DNA of 64,000 nucleotides from Verrucomicrobiales bacterium (GTDB lineage: Bacteria; Verrucomicrobiota; Verrucomicrobiia; Verrucomicrobiales; V1-33), in contig JANOAV010000060.1 of the NCBI GenBank assembly GCA_031411295.1, positions 1-64,000 on the forward strand, in the 5' to 3' direction. This document shows, in pieces, positions 57,940 to 64,000 of the stretch. How positions within the stretch are numbered: the stretch's first letter is position 1; every line of letters starts with the position of its first letter. The translations under genes were made by a program, and so were the position numbers. Below the pieces are notes generated by a model. The model saw only the letters and a program-made list of their open reading frames with translations, had not been told where the DNA came from and made no database searches.

Positions 57940-58992
57940 TTACGCCGCCGGGCGTTGCCGACGGGCGGCGGAGCGGCGTAAGAGTTCCCCGACGACGATC
58001 TGCAGGAGCACCATCAAGCCGATGACGCTGAGGCGGAAGCTGTTGGGGACGTTGAGGAAGAAGACGGCATCGGCGGCCACTTGCATGAGTGCAGTGCCGA
58101 TAATGACCCCAGTCAGACTGCATTCTCCGCCGCGCAAGCTGCATCCGCCTAACACGGCACCGGCAATGGCGTAAAGTTCATAGCCCTGGCAGTGATCCGA
58201 GGGCGCGGCACTGTTGCCATCGAGGGCGAACATCACTCCCCCGAATCCCGCCGCCACCGCGCAGAGCATGTAGGCGACGATCTTAATGCGATCAGTGCGG
58301 ATCCCGCTGAAACTTGCCGCCTGCTCATTACGGCCCAAGGCCAGGAGGTGCCGACCGAAGACGGTGCGATGCATGGCAACAGCCATGACCACGGCTATGA
58401 TCACTGCGATCACGAAGGGCATGGGGAGGCCCAGCGCGGAAGATTTCACCAACTCTTTCATTCCGGAAAATTCTTCGCCAAACCCCTTGGTGTTTTCCTT
58501 GGTGATGGTCATGGCGATGCCGCGATAGATAAACAAGCCGCACAGGGTAACGAGGAACGGTTGGAGTTTTAACTTGGTGATAAGCATGCCATGCAGCCAG
58601 CCTACGAACAGGGAAATACAGAGAATGACGATCCAAGCGCTGGAGGGATCGATGGGGCCGCTGAAGAACGGCACGGTATCTCCGGCTTTGATGGGACTTC
58701 CCTGCCCGGGCCGGATGAGCATGGGCATGAGCACCCCAGTGAGCCCCATCAGGGCACCCATGGAAAGATCCACTCCACCGGTGGCAATGACGACGGCGGC
58801 ACCGATCGCGATGATGGCGTAAAGGCCGGTATAGCGGGTCATGCTGGAAAGTTTGCCACTGCTCCAGAAGGTCACTTTCGACCAATCCCAGCCACTGCTG
58901 GCGGCTTGATAGAGGCAGGTGGCAAAGAAGATGGGAATGATCAGCGCCAGGATGCCGAGCGATTTTTGATGGGAGCGGAGAATTGAGGGCAT
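57940..58992 (-). CDS. Sugar ABC transporter permease (RbsC-like)
   Basis: 'TGGVDLSMG', 'QPFLVTL', 'FGRHLLALGRNEQAASFSGI', 'YELYAIAGAVLGG.SL.GG'. Confidence 0.93.
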   Translation of the reverse strand: MPSILRSHQKSLGILALIIPIFFATCLYQAASSGWDWSKVTFWSSGKLSSMTRYTGLYAIIAIGAAVVIATGGVDLSMGALMGLTGVLMPMLIRPGQGSPIKAGDTVPFFSGPIDPSSAWIVILCISLFVGWLHGMLITKLKLQPFLVTLCGLFIYRGIAMTITKENTKGFGEEFSGMKELVKSSALGLPMPFVIAVIIAVVMAVAMHRTVFGRHLLALGRNEQAASFSGIRTDRIKIVAYMLCAVAAGFGGVMFALDGNSAAPSDHCQGYELYAIAGAVLGGCSLRGGECSLTGVIIGTALMQVAADAVFFLNVPNSFRLSVIGLMVLLQIVVGELLRRSAARRQRPAA

Positions 58993-59020
58993 GAGCAAGG
59001 GTAAGGTTGGTGGAGGGCGC

Positions 59021-60502
59021 TTAATGCCCTCCAGTGGCTAATTTCATGACGGCGGCTTCGTTAAGTTCGGCCCGGGTGAGTTCACCGGAAATGCGGCCTT
59101 CGTGCATTACCAAAACGCGATCTGAGATCCGCAGAATTTCTTCCAATTCGCTGGAAATGAAGAGCACGGCGGCCCCGCTTTCGGCTAACTTCTCGACCAC
59201 GGCGTAGATTTCACTTTTGGCCCCGACATCCACGCCGCGCGTGGGTTCGTCCAGCAGGAAGACTTTGGGGTCGTTGACCAACCATTTGGCGATGGCCACT
59301 TTCTGTTGGTTGCCGCCGGATAATTCGCCCACATTTTTGAAGACATCGGTGGTGCGGACTCCGAGTTGCTCCCGGTAGAAATTAGATTTCTCGGTGATGG
59401 CGGCATCGTTGACGAAGCCTGCAGTGTTAAATTTATCCATGCCCGCCATGGCGATGTTATCACGAATGGGCATTTCGACGATGATGCCCTGGGCCTTGCG
59501 ATCCTCTGGCACGAAAGCAAGTCCAGCCGCAATGGCATCGTGAGGATGCCGAATGTTCACGGTCTTGCCATCAACGCTAACTGTTCCCGCCAGCGCCTGA
59601 TCGATCCCGAACAAGGCTCGGGCCACATCCGTGCGACCAGCCCCCACCAAGCCCGCCAAGCCGACGATCTCGCCTGCTCGCAGTTGGAAACTCAGTTCAT
59701 GCTGGGGCAGGCGGGGGATGCGCAGGCCCTGCACTTCCAAGCGGACAGCTCCAGCGCTGGTGGCCTGTTTATCCGACAACACCAGGTCCCGACCGACCAT
59801 CAGGCTCACGATGCGCTCCCGGGTGATTTCCTCCTTGGCGAGTTCACCCCGGAAGGTGCCGTCGCGTAAGACGATGACCCGATCCGCCATTTCCTGCACT
59901 TCGGCCATGCGGTGGGAAATGAAGACGATGCAGAGCCCCTGCGTGCGCAACTTCCGCACGAGCACGAAGAGTCGATCCGTTTCCGTCTGGCTCAGGCTGC
60001 TGGTGGGCTCGTCCATGATGAGCAGCTTGGCTTCCTGCGCCAGCGCCTTGGCGATTTCCACCATTTGCTGATGGCCGATGGAGAGGTCCTCCACCAAGGT
60101 ATCTGGAGTGAAGGTCATGCCCAGATCGGTGAGCAATTTTTGGGTGCGGTCCCGCATTTCGGTCTGATTGAAGAATCCGCAGCAGCGGGGTTCACGTCCG
60201 AGGAAGACGTTGGCCGCCACGCTGAGGTTTTCCGCCAAGTTGAGTTCCTGATGAATGAACGCAATGCCCAAGGCGGAGGCGTCGCGGACGCCGTTGATTT
60301 TAACCTCTTTACCCTCCCAGAAAATTTGCCCGGAGTCTGGCACATGCACCCCGGCCAAGGCTTTCATGAGCGTGCTCTTGCCCGCCCCGTTCTCGCCCAT
60401 CACCGCCAGGACCTCGCCCGCGCGGAAATTCGCACTAACATCGTTCAGGGCATGAACCCCCAGGAAGCGTTTGTGGATGTTCCGGGCTTCGAGTAGGTTC
60501 AT
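59021..60502 (-). CDS. Sugar ABC transporter ATP-binding protein (RbsA-like, two ABC domains)
   Basis: 'GENGAGKST', 'MDEPTSSL', 'GLVGAGRT', 'LSGGNQQKV', 'LDEPTRGVDVGAK'. Confidence 0.95.
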   Translation of the reverse strand: MNLLEARNIHKRFLGVHALNDVSANFRAGEVLAVMGENGAGKSTLMKALAGVHVPDSGQIFWEGKEVKINGVRDASALGIAFIHQELNLAENLSVAANVFLGREPRCCGFFNQTEMRDRTQKLLTDLGMTFTPDTLVEDLSIGHQQMVEIAKALAQEAKLLIMDEPTSSLSQTETDRLFVLVRKLRTQGLCIVFISHRMAEVQEMADRVIVLRDGTFRGELAKEEITRERIVSLMVGRDLVLSDKQATSAGAVRLEVQGLRIPRLPQHELSFQLRAGEIVGLAGLVGAGRTDVARALFGIDQALAGTVSVDGKTVNIRHPHDAIAAGLAFVPEDRKAQGIIVEMPIRDNIAMAGMDKFNTAGFVNDAAITEKSNFYREQLGVRTTDVFKNVGELSGGNQQKVAIAKWLVNDPKVFLLDEPTRGVDVGAKSEIYAVVEKLAESGAAVLFISSELEEILRISDRVLVMHEGRISGELTRAELNEAAVMKLATGGH

Positions 60503-60571
60503 GAAGGTGAAGGAGGACAGCAAGCACCCGCACGAAAACTCGTGGATGGTGCAGCCAGTGGGGCGGCGGGG

Positions 60572-61618
60572 CTACTTGCGGGCAGCGCTGGCGGCGGCCT
60601 TCAGATCCACTAGTTTCTTCTCGAAGTCTGCCACGGTGGCCTTGGTGACCACTTGCACGGGCACTGAGATTTCCTTGTTAGCGGGAACATCGGGTTTCTT
60701 GCCGTCGTAAATTTCCTTCAGATACTTCATGGATTGATAGCCGAACTCGTAGGGCTGCTGCACCAGGGTGCCATCGCAGTTGCCTTCCTTGATGGCGGAG
60801 ATCGTGGAGGGATCTTCATCGAAGGCAAAGACCCGGATCTTGCCGGTCTTGCCCGTGCTCTTCAATGCTTCCAGCACCTGAGGGGCGTTGTAGGACCAGA
60901 GACCAACGAAGCCCGTTAGCTCGGGATACTTGGTTACAGCGTTCTCGGCATTGCGCTTGGCCACGGTTTGATCCGCTCCGTCCGTGATGGTTTCCAGGAT
61001 GGTATATTTGCCGGCCTCTACGGCCTTGGAGGCATCACCTGCAATGAGGTCGGCGGTGGCACCCAACTCCAACATCAGACCTTCCCGACGCTGCTTGGCG
61101 TTGAGGGCATCTAACTTCCCAACCGTGATGATGAGCTTGCCGCCCTCAGGCAGTTGCGCTTTGATAAATTTGCCCATTTCCCGACCGGCATCCACGTTGT
61201 TAGTGCCGATGTAGAAGAGGCGGTTGCTTTTTGGAGCATCACTGTCGTGGCAGATCAGTGGCATGGCCGCGGCTACTTTATTCAGAGCATCCGCTTGATT
61301 CTCGGGATCGATGGGGCTGATGGCGATGCCATTGTAATCACCCTTCTGGACGATGTTCTCCAGCACCCGATTCTGCTCGGAAGCATTCCCTTTGGACGGG
61401 GAGAGAAATTCCGCCGTGATTCCAAAATCCGCCTCCGCCTTGATCAGGCCAGCTTGAGCATAGGTCCAGAAGTCACTGCTGTTATTGATCACAAAGGCAA
61501 ACTTCGGCCCGGTCCGCTTGGCGCTGGAGTCGGTCTTCTGACAGGACACCAGCCCGGAGACGAAAAGTGTCCCAAGGGTGGCGGTGACGGCGGTGGTGAG
61601 AAAGAGATTACGTTTCAT
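60572..61618 (-). CDS. Sugar ABC transporter substrate-binding lipoprotein
   Basis: Lipobox 'LVSC', 'GIAISP', 'YIGTNNVDAG', 'QQPYEFGY'. Confidence 0.92.
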   Translation of the reverse strand: MKRNLFLTTAVTATLGTLFVSGLVSCQKTDSSAKRTGPKFAFVINNSSDFWTYAQAGLIKAEADFGITAEFLSPSKGNASEQNRVLENIVQKGDYNGIAISPIDPENQADALNKVAAAMPLICHDSDAPKSNRLFYIGTNNVDAGREMGKFIKAQLPEGGKLIITVGKLDALNAKQRREGLMLELGATADLIAGDASKAVEAGKYTILETITDGADQTVAKRNAENAVTKYPELTGFVGLWSYNAPQVLEALKSTGKTGKIRVFAFDEDPSTISAIKEGNCDGTLVQQPYEFGYQSMKYLKEIYDGKKPDVPANKEISVPVQVVTKATVADFEKKLVDLKAAASAARK

Positions 61619-61983
61619 GGAGGCAGCTTTATAGAATAGGCGGGACGGATCGTGAAAGAGAAATTTTAGCGTTTCTGCGGAGGAAGGCAGCAGTTCTTCG
61701 GAAATTAGTCACTCCCCCCTCGGATGTCCAAACCAAGTGCGGGTCAAATTTTGGAGAAATCCGGTCAATGCCAAATGGCCTTCCGCGGGAAAAGCAAGTC
61801 CCACCCCGGATGCTTTGCATCGTTGGAAAAATAAGCAGCGTCCCCGGGGCTGCGCAAGGCTAGCTCCAGGCTGTCAAATTTAATCTGTTCAGGGCCTCAA
61901 GCCCTCAGGTGACTGGCGACGCAGCCTTGACCAAGCAGTGGCATTGGCGACTGCTATTTCCTGCCCAGATTAATGAGTCAGCC

Positions 61984-62268
61984 TCAATAGTCGCAGGAAT
62001 CCCGATAGAAATGGGCGTGACTGCGGTAGGAAGGCCTGCAGTTGTAAGCGGGCGGAGCGTAGTAATGACTGCCGTGGCTGTAATGCTGATGCCGGGAACT
62101 GTTCCCCAAGCCATAAGCCAGAAGGCCTACTGCGGCGGCTCCAACGACGGCTGCCGCTGGATCAACCATCTCATGCGGACGGCCGTAGGCATCATAAACC
62201 GTGGTGCAATTGGCTGCCGTGAGCACAAGCACCACCATGCTGATTAGACGAAATAGAATTGCTTTCAT
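61984..62268 (-). CDS. Small hypothetical lipoprotein with a His/Tyr-rich tail
   Basis: MKAILFRLISMVVLVLTAANC, then 'TTVYDAYGRP..VDPAAAVVGAAAVGLLAYGL'. Confidence 0.6.
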   Translation of the reverse strand: MKAILFRLISMVVLVLTAANCTTVYDAYGRPHEMVDPAAAVVGAAAVGLLAYGLGNSSRHQHYSHGSHYYAPPAYNCRPSYRSHAHFYRDSCDY

Positions 62269-62464
62269 ACATCGCATTCGACTGCGGTTCTGCGCGAATT
62301 ATTCATGGAATTCCGACCGATTTTGCAATTTCTCCCAAGCCCGCGTCCGAGCGGCCTCTGCGCGGATTTTGGCGGCGGTTCGTGGTTGGATGGAAATCTC
62401 CTCAAGTCCACAAAATCCGCATTCGGTTCTTGCCCAATCTGATGATTTGTTGCAATCTGCGCCC

Positions 62465-63475
62465 ATGCTCGGCTTCAGCTTCACCAAACTTCCGCCCACC
62501 ACCTTTGCGATTCAGTATAAGAATGGCAAAATTGTCCGTGAGGGACTGGGCTTGTCTTTCTTTTATTTTGCACCCTTCACTACGTTAGTGGCGGTGCCCA
62601 TGAGTAGTGCGGAGTCGCAGTTTATCTTTGAAGAGGTGACGGCGGATTTCCAAAGTTTAACGGTCCAAGGGCAGGTGACGTATCAGGTCAAGGAACCCCA
62701 GGCGTTGGCGCGCAATCTGGATTTCGCCCTGCAAAACAACGGTGTGGACTACCGTTCCAACGATCCGCAGAAACTGCCGCAGCGGATCATTGCGGCAGTG
62801 CAAGTGCTGACGAAAGGGGAGATCCAGCGACGCAAACTTCAGGAGGCGATTCAGGCGGCCGATGCGGTGAGCGCGGCCATTCGGGAGAAACTGATGTTGG
62901 CCGATGAAATCAAAGCGCTGGGCATTGAAATTCTCAGCGTCAGCGTGCTCGCCATTCGTCCCACGCCGGAGACGGCGCGCGCGCTGGAAGCAGACACGCG
63001 CGAGTCGCTGATGCAGCGCGCCGACGAAGCGATCTTCGTGCGACGTAATGCCGCGGTGGAACAGGAGCGCACCATCAAGGAAAACGAACTGCAAACGGAG
63101 GTGGCCATCGAATTGAAGAAGCGCCAGATTCGCGAAACGCAAATGGCCACCGAACGCGCCCTGCAAGAACAGGAAAGCGAGCTGGAACGCGCCAAGATGC
63201 AGGCCAGCATCACGTTGGAAGATCAGAACAAAGCCTTGGTGGCATTGCAGGCCGAGAATGAGCGCGTCAACGCCGACGCGCGCGCCTATGGCAGTGCGGC
63301 TCTCATGAAGGTCTTCGCAGACATGAATCCGCAAATGGTCCAGGCGTTGACTTCCAGTTCCATGACGCCGCATCAGCTTATCAGCCATGCCTTCCAGCAG
63401 TTGGCGCAGAACGCGGATAAGATTGGTGAGTTGAATATGTCGCCAGAATTACTGCGCGAAATCCTCAAGAAATAA
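62465..63475 (+). CDS. SPFH/Band 7 domain protein
   Basis: Probable start MLGFSF (ATG 62465). 'GLGLSFFYFAP', 'TADFQSLTVQGQVTY' and a coiled coil 'RRNAAVEQERTIKENELQTE'. Confidence 0.88.
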   Translation: MLGFSFTKLPPTTFAIQYKNGKIVREGLGLSFFYFAPFTTLVAVPMSSAESQFIFEEVTADFQSLTVQGQVTYQVKEPQALARNLDFALQNNGVDYRSNDPQKLPQRIIAAVQVLTKGEIQRRKLQEAIQAADAVSAAIREKLMLADEIKALGIEILSVSVLAIRPTPETARALEADTRESLMQRADEAIFVRRNAAVEQERTIKENELQTEVAIELKKRQIRETQMATERALQEQESELERAKMQASITLEDQNKALVALQAENERVNADARAYGSAALMKVFADMNPQMVQALTSSSMTPHQLISHAFQQLAQNADKIGELNMSPELLREILKK

Positions 63476-63487
63476 CGCCGTTCATCC

Positions 63488-64000
63488 ATGGATCGACTAA
63501 CCGATAACCGGATCGTGCTCGTCACCCGACGCACGCGGTTGGAGGATTTGATCAAACAGTTCAACACCCTGGCGCAGGCGAAATTTTACGTCGAGCACCT
63601 GGGGGCGGATTTCGGAGATTACGAACAGGAACATCACTGCTATGCCACGCAGCGTGAGGCCTGCCTGGCGGAGTTGGCGAAGCTGGGGAAGGTGAGTGCA
63701 ATCGAACGTGGCTTCCTCCCTAACTTTCTCTTTCGCCCGGACGATACCATCGTCGTGCTCGGCCAGGATGGCACCGTGGCGAACACGCTGAAGTATCTTG
63801 CGGGCCAACCGTGCCTGGGCGTGAACCCGGATCCTGCTCGTTGGGACGGGGTGCTCCTGCCCTTCCGCTCCTCCGATCTCAGCCAAATTATGCCGCAAGT
63901 GTTTGCTGGGCAGGCGCGCCTCCAAGCAGTGACCTTTGCCAAGGCCACGTTGAATACCGGGGAAACCCTGCTGGGCGTCAACGACCTCTTCATTGGCCCC
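63488..64000 (+). CDS. NAD kinase-like protein, truncated at the window end
   Basis: Own translation from ATG 63488: MDRLTDNRIVLVTRRTRLEDL...VVLGQDGTVANTLKY...GVNPDP...LLGVNDLFIGP. GQDG and ND correspond to the GGDG and NE/ND motifs of NAD kinases. Confidence 0.82.
   Translation, partial: MDRLTDNRIVLVTRRTRLEDLIKQFNTLAQAKFYVEHLGADFGDYEQEHHCYATQREACLAELAKLGKVSAIERGFLPNFLFRPDDTIVVLGQDGTVANTLKYLAGQPCLGVNPDPARWDGVLLPFRSSDLSQIMPQVFAGQARLQAVTFAKATLNTGETLLGVNDLFIGP

Noticed and set aside
62201..62464. N-terminal extension of the SPFH ORF
   Set aside because: It overlaps the divergent small lipoprotein and its promoter region. Family-like sequence begins at ATG 62465.
1..64000. CRISPR array, rRNA or canonical tRNA genes
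   Set aside because: No regularly spaced direct repeats with spacers, no rRNA signature, and no complete cloverleaf with a TTCRA loop seen by eye.

Overview
A gene-dense, GC-rich bacterial window. It is most consistent with a Verrucomicrobiota genome, judging from three PEP-CTERM proteins, DUF1080/ThuA/DUF3500 proteins, a CotH/lamin-tail surface protein and a RAYT transposase (taxonomy is inferred, not searched). Housekeeping genes (uvrB, scpA/scpB, uppP, gmhA, a UvrD/PcrA helicase, a ROK kinase, a sugar ABC transporter, phoB/phoR) are interleaved with many secreted or surface proteins. No rRNA, tRNA or CRISPR array was found. The strongest candidate for an undescribed system is a co-oriented three-gene cluster (12323-18350). 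Its secreted products consist only of 2+4+2 tandem, stripped-down secretin-like domains in strict A/B alternation, with no N-domains and no T2SS or pilus genes nearby. Second is a probable Pho-regulated surface locus (46041-52215): a Pho box, phoB, a membrane-less phoR, two duplicated PstS/DING-like proteins that have each lost a different phosphate ligand, and a PEP-CTERM protein. Also notable: phage-like FCCH modules inserted in a lamin-tail repeat protein, a shared C-terminal putative export domain, an NtrC-like regulator without GAFTGA, a divergent triterpene cyclase and two REPIN-like elements. All family assignments come from motif recognition by eye; no database searches were run.
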